From positions 68,140 through 132,139 of the forward strand of contig LCFP01000012.1 in the NCBI GenBank assembly GCA_000999095.1: DNA of 64,000 nucleotides. The letters run 5' to 3'. Below, piece after piece: positions 29,582 to 39,150 of this stretch. Under the pieces are notes generated by a model. The model was given only the letters and a program-made list of their open reading frames with translations, was not told where the DNA came from and searched no databases. Position 1 is the stretch's first letter, and each line of letters starts with the position of its first letter. Source of the stretch: Candidatus Gottesmanbacteria bacterium GW2011_GWA2_43_14 (GTDB taxonomy: Bacteria; Patescibacteriota; Microgenomatia; 2-02-FULL-39-11). The position numbers and the translations under genes are program-made.

Positions 29582-30681
29582 ATGAGCTCAAACAGAAATG
29601 TTGTCATATCAGCCTTGATCATTCTGGTGACGGTTGTACTGGGAGGATATTTGTTAATAACCAAAAAAGACTCGCTGATCAGAAAGGGCAGTTCTACTGA
29701 TATTATTAATACTGTCGGCCTCAAATTTTCTGAAAAAAGCTTCAAGCTAGATTATGCCAATATTGATCCGGAAACTGTTTTGGAGATTTCTGACTTTGAG
29801 CGCAAAGAAGAATGGCGGGGTAGCCACGAATATGATGATGTAATCTTTTGGAAAGGCGAATACTCACTTCTTTTATCTTCCAAAGATAACGAGCAGGTTG
29901 ATGCTTACACGGAAAAGTCCTTGAATCTAGATAAACATGATGTTTTCAAAATGGCTCTGAATGTCCAGACAGATCCGGCCGATATTGAATCAGTCAAGGT
30001 TTATTTTTCCGATAAGGACAAAAACTCGTCATATTATTATTCCATCCGCAGTATTGTTAAAGGATGGAATTTTCTGGTCATTCCCAAAGAGAAATTCTCA
30101 ACGAGGGGACTCTCCAAGGAGCCGGCAGCGGCTTCCCCCGGCGCTATAACTGGTGAACTGAGTTGGTCTAACATCGAAAGGGTAGGCTTCGAATTAGCTT
30201 CAAGGGCAAATTCTTCCAGTGAAATAAATGTGGATTCGATGGAAACCTTCATCAATGAAGAATATTTGGATTCCTGGTTGGTAAAAAGTCCGGTACAGCT
30301 TAATTTGGCAAAAGTGGGAGGTCAATATTATCTTGAAGGACGTAATTACGGCGGCTCCGTAGCCTTGCTGAAAAAACTCAGCGGCATTTCCAACTTTAAA
30401 TTTAAAGCCAAGTTGATGCCAATGAAATCCAATGCCAGGAGTGGCTTGTTTGTGCGCGGTGATACGGTGTCATTAATAATTTTATAGTTGAAAAAGATGT
30501 TCCTTTGTGGCTGTCAGTAGAAGCAAAAGGCTCGAATTTTAAATATTCCTTGTCAATGGATGATAAATCCTATTCCGAGCTGGCCCAGGTAAATGACTCG
30601 GAATATAAAGAGGGCGGCCTGGGAATAGCAGTTCTTGATTTGGGAGCCACTCTTTTTGACATGTTTGACTTCTCTCAATAA
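29582..30681 (+). pseudogene. Membrane-anchored carbohydrate-binding/DUF1080-like protein, frameshifted near 30462
   Basis: ORF stops at 30487 after RSGLFVRGD; a plausible C-terminus (LWLSVEAKG..NDSEYKEGGLGI..LFD) continues in another frame to 30681. Confidence 0.6.
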
Positions 30682-30706
30682 AATCCCTTTCGTGTAAAAT
30701 AAAATA

Positions 30707-31921
30707 GTGAGAGATATACGGCCTGTAAACATCCTTTTTACCAGCATTGTTTTTCTGTTTGTAGTCTATCTGACCGGCGCATTGGATTTGGCGATAACAG
30801 CTTCCGTTATCGCCTCTGCCTTGCTTTTTCGGTTTCAGTCTGTTTGGCTCTTTCTCTCGGCTTTAATTGTTTTTGCTTTCTATTTGGTGACTATCTTCCT
30901 GTCACTGAAGATCAAACTGGTAACCGATTTTTCCGTTTCCTCCTATCTTCTTTTTGCTTCAGGACTTTTGCTATATTTTCTTGAAGGGCAGAAAAGCCGC
31001 TGGCAGATAAATCTGCCCGTTTTGGATAAGTTCCCGGTGGATAGGAATAATTTGGTTAAGCTCGGGGCTATCCTGTTTTTCACTTTTTTGGTTTATCCCC
31101 TAACCGGACCAAATTTTGGTGCCATATTCGGTTACATTGCATTTCTGTATTTATTTAAAAAATCTGAAGGCAGGTACGCTTTTATAGTGGCTTTATTTTT
31201 TCTTATTCTTTGCCCGTTTCTTCTGATCGCTAAGAGAGAAAAAGTAGCTGAAGAATCGGCAATATTTACCTATTATTTTCTTGTTATCGGTACCTTTCAG
31301 GAAATCATTGATATGTTTAGAAGTCCCACCAGTGAGGATGAGCCAATTGAGGATGACGGGGAAAACAGTCTGGGATATACTCTTCTCGACTATAGGAAAA
31401 AAATGCATTCGGTCCATATTAAAAAATTAAAGCTGTACACAGCTTTAGTATTTATCCTGATATTAATTTTGGCGGGCATCTTTTACGGCCAGAAATATTT
31501 ATCGAACGGAAAAAAATTAAATTTAAACCTTAAACTATTCAATAAGACGTCAAAACAATTACCTACTGTCACTCCGTCTCCGGCGGATATGTCTCCGACG
31601 CCTACTTTAACTCAAGTAGAATTAAAGGACAGAATAGCCAGCGACAGTTTTAATCTCAAGGTTTCCGTTCTCAACGGTACCGATATCGCCGGATTGGCAG
31701 CCTCAACCGGTGCCAAATTGAAGACAGCCGGCTTTAATAATGTCGATACAGGGAATACTCCGGAAGCTTACCAGACTTGGAGGCTTTCCATAAAGGAAAA
31801 AGAAGACTTGCTAATAGAGTATTTAAAGGCAATTCTTGAGCTTAAACAGTTGGATGTTATAGAAGCAACCGGCGGAGCTGTCTACGACTTGGAAATAATT
31901 GCCGGAAAATCCTCTCAATGA
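30707..31921 (+). CDS. Membrane protein with C-terminal LytR_C domain
   Basis: Multi-TM, Pro/Thr linker, VSVLNGTDIAGLAAST...L...GF....TGN and DLEIIAGK. Confidence 0.75.
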   Translation: MRDIRPVNILFTSIVFLFVVYLTGALDLAITASVIASALLFRFQSVWLFLSALIVFAFYLVTIFLSLKIKLVTDFSVSSYLLFASGLLLYFLEGQKSRWQINLPVLDKFPVDRNNLVKLGAILFFTFLVYPLTGPNFGAIFGYIAFLYLFKKSEGRYAFIVALFFLILCPFLLIAKREKVAEESAIFTYYFLVIGTFQEIIDMFRSPTSEDEPIEDDGENSLGYTLLDYRKKMHSVHIKKLKLYTALVFILILILAGIFYGQKYLSNGKKLNLNLKLFNKTSKQLPTVTPSPADMSPTPTLTQVELKDRIASDSFNLKVSVLNGTDIAGLAASTGAKLKTAGFNNVDTGNTPEAYQTWRLSIKEKEDLLIEYLKAILELKQLDVIEATGGAVYDLEIIAGKSSQ

Positions 31922-31970
31922 TCCTGTTGTCCCGGAAGATGTTTTTAACTACAATATCTGTTATATTTTG

Positions 31971-33752
31971 ATGATTAAAAGGAATCTGTCCGCTTTTGTT
32001 TTTTTTGGCCTGCTATCCCTGGTTATTACTCTGCCTCTTTTAAAGCCGGGCTACATCCTGACTTTGGATATGGTCCAGGTGCCTGATCCGGGCTGGCCAT
32101 CCCCCTGGCAGGTCAGTTTTCCGGTTGCCCTCTTAAACAAATTATTTGTCCTGTTTCTGCCTTCTTACTGGTTTCCGAAGATAGTTTTATTTCTGGTTTT
32201 TTTCCTTTCAGGTGTAAGCATGGCTACTTTTGTAGGAACAGGGAATATTCTCGTTAATCTTTTTGCCGGAACAATTTATACCCTGAATCCGTTTGTATAT
32301 GAAAGGGTCATGGCCGGTCACTGGTATTTCCTCCTCGGTTACGCTTTGTTTCCCTGGCTGGTTAAATCCGTTGTTGATCTTTTCCGCCGGCCGGCTCTTA
32401 CTTCGACTTTAAAATTAGCCTTGCTGGCCACTCTTATATTCAATCTTTTTCTTCATTTTACAGTCATTTTCGCCGTTTTTTTTGTCATCTATGCGATCTT
32501 CTTTCTTATTGTCAACTCCCGGAACATAAAATCAAAACTGTATTATTATTTGAGCCTGTTCCTCTTTGTCATCTTTATTTTCAATCTTAACTGGTTATTG
32601 CCTACATTAGCCGGTAAATCTACAATCAGTGATTCCCTAAGCTCTTTTTCCCGGCAGGACCTCTATGCTTTCCAGACAGTCGCTGATCCGCAGTTCGGGC
32701 TGATATTCAATCTTCTATCCGGTTTTGGTTTTTGGGAAGAAGTATATGATTATTTTATTTCACAAAAGCAGATAATCCCCTTTTGGCCTTTACTGTCATT
32801 GCCGATCATTGCTCTTTCAATCATGGGGTTAGTTTACCTCCTGACTAAAAAAGAAAATTGGGAAAACCTGGTTTTGAATATCAGTTTGCTGGTGGTTTTT
32901 ATACTGGCTTTGGATTTTGCCGGAGGCATCGCCTTAAAACAGTTCGCTCCGACAGTCTTTGCTCTGTATGATAGGATTCCCATCCTCTATGGATTGAGAG
33001 AGCCGCAAAAGCTGGTCATGCTGATGATGTTCTCTTACGCTTATTTCGGAGCGTACGGGCTGAAATGGTTTAAATCATTAGTAAAGCCATTGGCAGCCAA
33101 ATTGCTTGTTATCGGCGGATTTTTCTTGATTCCTTTTGTTTATACACCACTTATCTTTGCAGGATTTTGGGGACAGTTAAAGCCTGTTTTTTATCCCGAA
33201 AGCTGGTACCGTGTCAGCGCCATTATTAATGCGGACAATGATAACTTCCGGATGTTATTTTTACCATGGCACCAGTATTTGAGGTTTAATTTCAATCATA
33301 ATTTGGTTATCGCTAATCCCGTGCCTGAATTTTTTAATAAACCTGTTTTGGCTTCTCGAAACTATGAAACCAGGCCTTTATACAGTCATGACCAAAGGCC
33401 GGAAGCGCTTCATATGGAGGGGCTTTTCTCTATTCAGGAAAAGAAAGTCAACCTTTTCGGGCAGGAGGTTGAATATCCGGTAGATTGGAGCCGGGATTTA
33501 GCGATCATAGATATAAAGTACATCATGCTGTCGAAGGACTCCGACTGGCTAAAGTATAAATTCTTGGATGATGATCCTGAGTTGTATAAACAATTCGAGG
33601 ATGACAGCCTTATACTTTACCGCAATCTGATGTTCGGGGTAGAGCCTGTCTACCCCGAACCGGAGCCTTCCCCCACGGTTGCCACCGGGTCAGCCGGGCT
33701 GGAAAATGAAGAAACATCAACTGCCCCTGCCGAAACGATCGAAGAAGAATGA
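31971..33752 (+). CDS. Multi-pass membrane protein, GT-C-like
   Basis: PGYILTLDM, IYTLNPFVYERVMAGHW, LREPQK, YPESW. Confidence 0.65.
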   Translation: MIKRNLSAFVFFGLLSLVITLPLLKPGYILTLDMVQVPDPGWPSPWQVSFPVALLNKLFVLFLPSYWFPKIVLFLVFFLSGVSMATFVGTGNILVNLFAGTIYTLNPFVYERVMAGHWYFLLGYALFPWLVKSVVDLFRRPALTSTLKLALLATLIFNLFLHFTVIFAVFFVIYAIFFLIVNSRNIKSKLYYYLSLFLFVIFIFNLNWLLPTLAGKSTISDSLSSFSRQDLYAFQTVADPQFGLIFNLLSGFGFWEEVYDYFISQKQIIPFWPLLSLPIIALSIMGLVYLLTKKENWENLVLNISLLVVFILALDFAGGIALKQFAPTVFALYDRIPILYGLREPQKLVMLMMFSYAYFGAYGLKWFKSLVKPLAAKLLVIGGFFLIPFVYTPLIFAGFWGQLKPVFYPESWYRVSAIINADNDNFRMLFLPWHQYLRFNFNHNLVIANPVPEFFNKPVLASRNYETRPLYSHDQRPEALHMEGLFSIQEKKVNLFGQEVEYPVDWSRDLAIIDIKYIMLSKDSDWLKYKFLDDDPELYKQFEDDSLILYRNLMFGVEPVYPEPEPSPTVATGSAGLENEETSTAPAETIEEE

Positions 33753-34654
33753 AAATTCTCGTCACAGGATCTGCCGGATTTATAGGTTCCCATCTTATTG
33801 ACAGGCTGTCAAAGGACGGTTTTTCCGCAATCGGATTGGATATAGCCGAAAACCGGGGCAGGCAGGGAAAGCCGAACGCACAAATCGACATCAGGGACAA
33901 GGCCGGGTTGGAAAAACTTTTTAAAAAGGAAAGTTTCCGCTCCATAGTCCATCTGGCAGCCAGGGGTGGCGTCAGGCAGAGCATTGCCGAACCGGTCGTT
34001 TTTATGGAAACCAACATCATCGGCACCGTAAATCTGCTGGAGCTGGCCGAAAAGTATAAAGTCAGAAATATCATCTTTGCCTCTTCCTCGTCCGTTTACG
34101 GCGACGTAAAGACTCCTTTCCGTGAAGATATGCCTTCAGGCAGGCTTCTGAGTCCGTACGCGGTCAGTAAAAGGGCAGGTGAGGATTTGTGCCGTATTTA
34201 CCACAAAAGGAGCGGACTAAAAATGGCGGTCCTGAGATTTTTTACGGTTTACGGCCCCCGGGGACGAACGGATATGGCCGCCGGTCTTTTCACCAAAGCT
34301 GTCCTGGGGAATAAAAAGCTTGTCCGGTTCGGCAAAGGGGAATGTCTGCGGGATTTTACCTATATTGACGATATTGTCGACGGTGTGATGTCGGTCCTTA
34401 AGGCCGTTCCTGATTTTGAGATCATCAATCTGGGCAGCGGGCGGGCTGTTTCCGTCAACGGATTGATTGAAACAATCGAGAAAATCACCGGCAAAAAGGC
34501 CGCAGTTGCCGAAAGGCCGTTGAATCCGGCTGACGTTTTTTCCACCCTGGCTGACATTTCCAAGGCCAAAAAGCTTTTGGGTTACCGCCCGAAATGGACA
34601 CTTGAGAAGGGGATGGCAAAGTTCATTGAGTGGTATCTTAAATTTAAGCAATAA
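33749..34654 (+). CDS. NAD-dependent nucleotide-sugar epimerase, UDP-glucuronate 4-epimerase-like
   Basis: VTGSAGFIG, HLAARGGVRQS, ASSSSVYG, SPYAVSK, LRFFTVYGPRGR.DMA. Confidence 0.9.
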   Translation: MKILVTGSAGFIGSHLIDRLSKDGFSAIGLDIAENRGRQGKPNAQIDIRDKAGLEKLFKKESFRSIVHLAARGGVRQSIAEPVVFMETNIIGTVNLLELAEKYKVRNIIFASSSSVYGDVKTPFREDMPSGRLLSPYAVSKRAGEDLCRIYHKRSGLKMAVLRFFTVYGPRGRTDMAAGLFTKAVLGNKKLVRFGKGECLRDFTYIDDIVDGVMSVLKAVPDFEIINLGSGRAVSVNGLIETIEKITGKKAAVAERPLNPADVFSTLADISKAKKLLGYRPKWTLEKGMAKFIEWYLKFKQ

Positions 34655-34699
34655 GTATAGAATTGATTTTCAAAAAGAAAACTGAAAGAAGTTATTGTC

Positions 34700-34736
34700 T
34701 TGTCAATAGGACAATAATATGGTAATGTTGTCCTAT
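34700..34736 (+). promoter_or_regulatory. Leaderless promoter with inverted repeat overlapping the start codon
   Basis: TTGTCA-17-TAATGT-6 nt-ATG; ATAGGACAA (34706-34714) / TTGTCCTAT (34728-34736). Confidence 0.6.
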
Positions 34737-36021
34737 GAATACAATATTAAGAACATTGTTATATGAGTGGAAGGATAGGAAATTACCCAAAGTATTGGCA
34801 CGGGATACCCGTATAGACATTTTACCTGAACAGAAAACTGAAAACGCTACAGTAATAACGGGATTCAGACGGGTAGGCAAAACCTACCTGCTGTATGGGG
34901 CGATAGAGAAACTGTTGGAAACACAGCCTCGTGAGGATGTTGTTTACCTGAATTTTGAAGATGAACGGATAATTGCACCATCTACAGGAATTCTGACAGA
35001 CCTTATTCCGGAAACTCAGGCAGTCTATGGCAGGAAACCTAAATATCTGTTTTTGGATGAATTACAACTTGTTCCCAACTGGTCAAAATGGATACGACGG
35101 ATACTTGATACCGAAGACATTCAGCTTTTTATAACCGGATCCTCGTCAAAAATGAGCAGTTCCGAGCTGCCCACTGAGCTTAGGGGCAGGGCTTGGGAAG
35201 TTAAGGTTTCCCCGCTTACCTTTCATGAATTTTTACGTTTTAAAAAATTATATCTTGATCCTGAGAAAATGGCTTTTGTAAAAGAGGAAACAGCCCGTTT
35301 CCGTTTTCTTTTTGATGAATATCTGACCTTTGGAGCACTGCCGGCTGTAGTTCTGACATCATTTGAAAAAAAACAGGAGCTGCTCCAATCCTATTTTCAG
35401 ACGGTAGTGCAAAAAGATATATCAGAGAGATACAAAATAGAGAACGACACCGCTTTAAAAACGCTATTGAAACTGCTGCTTAATTCTAGCTATATTACTA
35501 TTTCCAAACTTCATAACTCTCTGAAAAGTATGGGTATACCTGTAGGGAAATCTACCGTAGATAATTATATTTCTTATATAGAGAGTTCCTATTTTATGAA
35601 CGAGCTATATATTCACACCCCGGCAGTTATAAACCAATTGCAGTATCCCAGAAAAGTCTATTTTATAGATACCGGATTCATGACGGCACTTTCAACCAAA
35701 TTTTCAAAGAACATGGGTAGGCTTTTTGAAAATACGGTATTTCAGAAGTTGTCGCGGGAAATGGAAACGATGTATTACTTTAAAGATGATAAAGGCAATG
35801 AAGTTGATTTTGCAGTACTCAAAGACGGCAAATGCATAGCCTTATACCAGGTTTGTTTTGATTTGTCGGATGAGGAAACACGGCAACGGGAAGTAAAATC
35901 ACTTATCAAAACCGGAGCAGTCTTAAATTGCCGGAATCTGAATATTATAACTGCGGAGAGTATAGATACGGTCAAATTCCCCGAAGAAATAAAGATAATT
36001 ACTGCCGGTGAGTTTTTTTAA
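34735..36021 (+). CDS. AAA_14 / DUF4143 ATP-binding protein
   Basis: GFRRVGKT Walker A, LFLDELQ Walker B, TGSSS, KVYFIDTG, LFEN, EVDF. Confidence 0.9.
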   Translation: MNTILRTLLYEWKDRKLPKVLARDTRIDILPEQKTENATVITGFRRVGKTYLLYGAIEKLLETQPREDVVYLNFEDERIIAPSTGILTDLIPETQAVYGRKPKYLFLDELQLVPNWSKWIRRILDTEDIQLFITGSSSKMSSSELPTELRGRAWEVKVSPLTFHEFLRFKKLYLDPEKMAFVKEETARFRFLFDEYLTFGALPAVVLTSFEKKQELLQSYFQTVVQKDISERYKIENDTALKTLLKLLLNSSYITISKLHNSLKSMGIPVGKSTVDNYISYIESSYFMNELYIHTPAVINQLQYPRKVYFIDTGFMTALSTKFSKNMGRLFENTVFQKLSREMETMYYFKDDKGNEVDFAVLKDGKCIALYQVCFDLSDEETRQREVKSLIKTGAVLNCRNLNIITAESIDTVKFPEEIKIITAGEFF

Positions 36022-37646
36022 TGGAAAAAATCTCAGGCAATATTGTCGACCTTATAGGTTTCCGGATTTATCCGGGCACCCTGGTTATTTCCGGCGGCCG
36101 CATCAAAGACATCATTCCCGGAAAGCGGAAATATAGGGAGTTTATCCTGCCCGGTTTTGTCGATGCCCATATCCACATCGAAAGTTCGATGCTGCCCCCG
36201 GCAGAATTCGCCAGGCTGGCTGTTGCCCACGGCACGGTGGCCACTGTTTCCGACCCCCATGAAATCGGCAATGTGCTGGGGGTTGCCGGCGTTGAATATA
36301 TGATCAGGGAAGGCAAACGGGTCCCCTTTAAATTTTATTTCGGCGCTCCATCCTGTGTCCCTGCCACCAGCTTTGAAACTTCAGGCAGCGAAATTATTCC
36401 GGGAGATGTCGACAGGCTGATGAAGCGGGCGGAGATAAAATATTTAAGCGAAGTCATGAATTATCCGGGAGTCATAGCTCGGGATAAGGATTTCATGGCC
36501 AAGATAAAAAGTTCCCTGGACAAAGGTAAGCCGGTTGACGGGCATGCGCCTGGTTTAAGGGGAGGGCTTTTGAAAAAGTATGCCTCTGCCGGCATCTCGA
36601 CTGACCATGAGTCTTTTGAATACAAGGAAGGCCTGGAAAAAATAAAGCTGGGGATGAAGCTGATCATCAGGGAAGGCTCGGCTGCCAAAAATTTTGAAGC
36701 CCTGATTCCGCTTTTGGACCTCTATCCGGACAGCTGTATGTTCGGCAGCGACGACAAGCATCCCGATGATCTCGCCCGCGGGCATATCAATCTGCTGGTT
36801 GAAAGGGCGCTGAAAAAAGGCATAAACGTATTCAAGGTTTTGCGGGCAGCTTCCCTTAATCCGGTTAAACACTACAAGCTGGCTGTCGGGCTCCTGCAAA
36901 AAAATGATCCGGCAGATTTTATCATCACCGCAAATTTAGATGATTTGAATATTTTGGCAACGGTAATAGACGGACAACAGGTTGCCGCAAAGGGAAAATC
37001 TTTGATTCCTGCCAAAAAAGCGGCCTTGGTCAATAAATTTGCCGCACTACAAATAACCCTTAAGGATCTGGCGGTCCGCCAAAAGACCGGCAAGATGCGG
37101 GTGATGGCAGCCCTGGATAAACAGCTGGTTACCGGCAAACTTACCGTTAAACCGGCGGCAGGCTTAAACGGTTTTGTGGCGGCCGATCCCCTCAGGGATA
37201 TCCTGAAGATCGCGGTTGTTAACAGGTACAAAAAAGCGCTTCCATCCGTTGGTTTTATCAAAAACTTCGGTTTGAAAAAAGGCGCCATCGCATCCTCCGT
37301 CGCCCATGATTCCCATAATGTGGTGGCTGTCGGAGCAAATGATGAAGATTTGCTGCTTTCCATAAACAGCATCCTTGGGATAAAAGGCGGCCTGTCGGTT
37401 GTCTATAAAAATAAGGTAACGCTTTTGGAGCTGCCGATTGGGGGACTGATGTCCGGGCGGGATGGTTATGAGGTTGCCCGGAAATATGAGGAGCTGGACC
37501 GTTTAGCCAAAAAATTGGGAAGCAGGCTGACTTCCCCTTTTATGACTTTGTCATTCATGGCTCTGCCGGTTATACCCAGTCTGAAAATCACCGACAAAGG
37601 GCTTTTCGATGTCGACAAGTTCCGGCCGGTTGATTTGTTTATTTGA
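36021..37646 (+). CDS. ade: Adenine deaminase
   Basis: PGFVDAHIHIESS, SDPHEIGNV, DGHAP, TDHE, IREGSAAKN, SSVAHDSHN, SFMALPVIP. Confidence 0.95.
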   Translation: MEKISGNIVDLIGFRIYPGTLVISGGRIKDIIPGKRKYREFILPGFVDAHIHIESSMLPPAEFARLAVAHGTVATVSDPHEIGNVLGVAGVEYMIREGKRVPFKFYFGAPSCVPATSFETSGSEIIPGDVDRLMKRAEIKYLSEVMNYPGVIARDKDFMAKIKSSLDKGKPVDGHAPGLRGGLLKKYASAGISTDHESFEYKEGLEKIKLGMKLIIREGSAAKNFEALIPLLDLYPDSCMFGSDDKHPDDLARGHINLLVERALKKGINVFKVLRAASLNPVKHYKLAVGLLQKNDPADFIITANLDDLNILATVIDGQQVAAKGKSLIPAKKAALVNKFAALQITLKDLAVRQKTGKMRVMAALDKQLVTGKLTVKPAAGLNGFVAADPLRDILKIAVVNRYKKALPSVGFIKNFGLKKGAIASSVAHDSHNVVAVGANDEDLLLSINSILGIKGGLSVVYKNKVTLLELPIGGLMSGRDGYEVARKYEELDRLAKKLGSRLTSPFMTLSFMALPVIPSLKITDKGLFDVDKFRPVDLFI

Positions 37647-37658
37647 AATAAATGAGGT

Positions 37659-37746
37659 ACAGGGTGAACCCAAATTTTTCGCGCGCAGGCGGACCCCGCC
37701 CGAAGGGAAGGGATCCGAGCACGATAAAATTTCGGGTGAACCCTGT
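37659..37746. repeat. 88-nt imperfect hairpin element, REP/REPIN-like
   Basis: ACAGGGT/ACCCTGT ends, AAATTTT/AAAATTT arms, GGGTGAACCC at both ends. Confidence 0.7.
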
Positions 37747-37772
37747 GGCGGATTTCATTTAGTTAATCTGAT

Positions 37773-37801
37773 TTGACTGCCGGAAGGCGTTCATTTAGAA
37801 T
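37773..37801 (+). promoter_or_regulatory. Sigma70 promoter, leaderless
   Basis: TTGACT-17-TAGAAT-7 nt-ATG (37809). Confidence 0.75.
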
Positions 37802-37808
37802 AAAATCC

Positions 37809-38972
37809 ATGAAAAAATACTTCCTCCTTTTTTTCCTGTTGCTTCTTCTTCCCCTGAAAGCAGTATTCGCCCAATCTGACGGCAGTCAGAATAATAACGA
37901 AATGAAAGTTTTCCGCATCGAAAGCGATGAGGTAATCGATCACGATGTCTTTGCCGCCGCCGAACGGGTCGATATCGAAGGCACGGTCAACGGCGATGTC
38001 TACGCGGCAGGAGGGCAGGTTTATGTCGGAGGAACTATAACAGGCGATCTTCTGGTTGCGGCCGGGCAGATAAACATCACAGGCGATATCGGCCAGAATC
38101 TGAGACTGGTCGGCGGCAACGTGACCATAAACGGCAATGTCGGACGCAATGTTTCTCTGGCTGCCGGGAATGTGGATATCACCGGTGAAGGAGAAATCAC
38201 CGGCGGCCTGGCAGCTGCTTTCGGCAATCTGAATCTGACCTCACCTGTCGGAAAATACCTCAAAGTTGCCGGCGGCAATCTGACGGTAGCCAACAGAGTC
38301 GGCGGTGATGTGGAAGCCGCCATTGGTGTCATGAGGCTTACCCCCAATGCCCAGATAGACGGAAACTTAACCTATTGGAGTGACAACCGGTCGTCACTTG
38401 ACGAGTCCCGGGTTGCCGGACAGGTGTATTTCAACCGGACTGATATGCCGGCCCGGGGCAGAGTCAGGGATGCCGTCGGACGTGTCGGCGGGGCCATGTC
38501 TGTCGGCAGCTTCATCTTTACCTTTATTTTGGGACTTGTCTTTTTGTGGCTCTTCCCCAAATTCACGCGAAAAACGGTCGGCGTCCTGCGGGAACAGCCG
38601 ATGAAGTCCTTTTTATGGGGAATAGCGACTTTATTTATTTTTATCTTCGTTTTCATCGTTCTGGCCGTGACCATTCTCGGCATACCCCTGGCATTGCTGT
38701 TGGCTTTTCTCTACGGGTTTGCCTCGTATATTTTCCGCATCCCGGTCATCTATTTCGCCGGCTCCTGGCTGATGCAGAGGTTCGGTGATGAGGAAAGGGA
38801 AATCCTCTCCTTGACGGCAGGGCTTATCATTTACTGGATACTGATACTTCTGCCTGTCAGGATGCTAGCGACTTTGGTTGTCACTTTTATGGGATTGGGC
38901 GCGGCTTTTCTGGCCTTCAGGAAAAAGCAGCCGGCGGCTTCGGCAACTGCCCGGGGACGGAAAAAAGCTTGA
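37809..38972 (+). CDS. Bactofilin-like beta-helix repeat protein with C-terminal membrane domain
   Basis: Signal peptide; repeated V.I.G.V.GD...AGG units; several C-terminal TMs. Confidence 0.8.
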   Translation: MKKYFLLFFLLLLLPLKAVFAQSDGSQNNNEMKVFRIESDEVIDHDVFAAAERVDIEGTVNGDVYAAGGQVYVGGTITGDLLVAAGQINITGDIGQNLRLVGGNVTINGNVGRNVSLAAGNVDITGEGEITGGLAAAFGNLNLTSPVGKYLKVAGGNLTVANRVGGDVEAAIGVMRLTPNAQIDGNLTYWSDNRSSLDESRVAGQVYFNRTDMPARGRVRDAVGRVGGAMSVGSFIFTFILGLVFLWLFPKFTRKTVGVLREQPMKSFLWGIATLFIFIFVFIVLAVTILGIPLALLLAFLYGFASYIFRIPVIYFAGSWLMQRFGDEEREILSLTAGLIIYWILILLPVRMLATLVVTFMGLGAAFLAFRKKQPAASATARGRKKA

Positions 38973-38997
38973 AAAAACGGTAGTCATCTGTTATATA
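38969..38997 (+). promoter_or_regulatory. ilv operon promoter
   Basis: TTGAAA-17-(TGt)TATATA, 9 nt before the leader ATG. Confidence 0.6.
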
Positions 38998-39006
38998 TAA
39001 ATAATT

Positions 39007-39090
39007 ATGACGGCGCGTCACGGTAACGAAATTAATATCCTCTCAATTATTGTCCTTGTCATTGGACAGGGCAAAATGCGGGAGGCCTGA
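39007..39090 (+). CDS. ilv operon leader peptide (27 aa)
   Basis: MTARHGNEINILSIIVLVIGQGKMREA; Ile/Leu/Val cluster; followed by antiterminator/terminator. Confidence 0.85.
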   Translation: MTARHGNEINILSIIVLVIGQGKMREA

Positions 39091-39111
39091 AAAGCAAAAA
39101 ATTTTTAATTT

Positions 39112-39143
39112 AAAAAAAGCCTCTCAAAACAGAGAGGTTTTTT
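39112..39143 (+). terminator. ilv attenuator terminator
   Basis: GCCTCTC-AAAACA-GAGAGGT + T-run just before ilvD; GGGAGGC (39080-39086) can pair with the left arm. Confidence 0.85.
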
Positions 39144-39150
39144 GGTTTTT

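Noticed and set aside
39000-39150. T-box riboswitch upstream of ilvD, and likewise upstream of the leu operon
   Set aside because: No T-box GGTGG.ACC motif or stem I; leaders are short; leader-peptide model fits better
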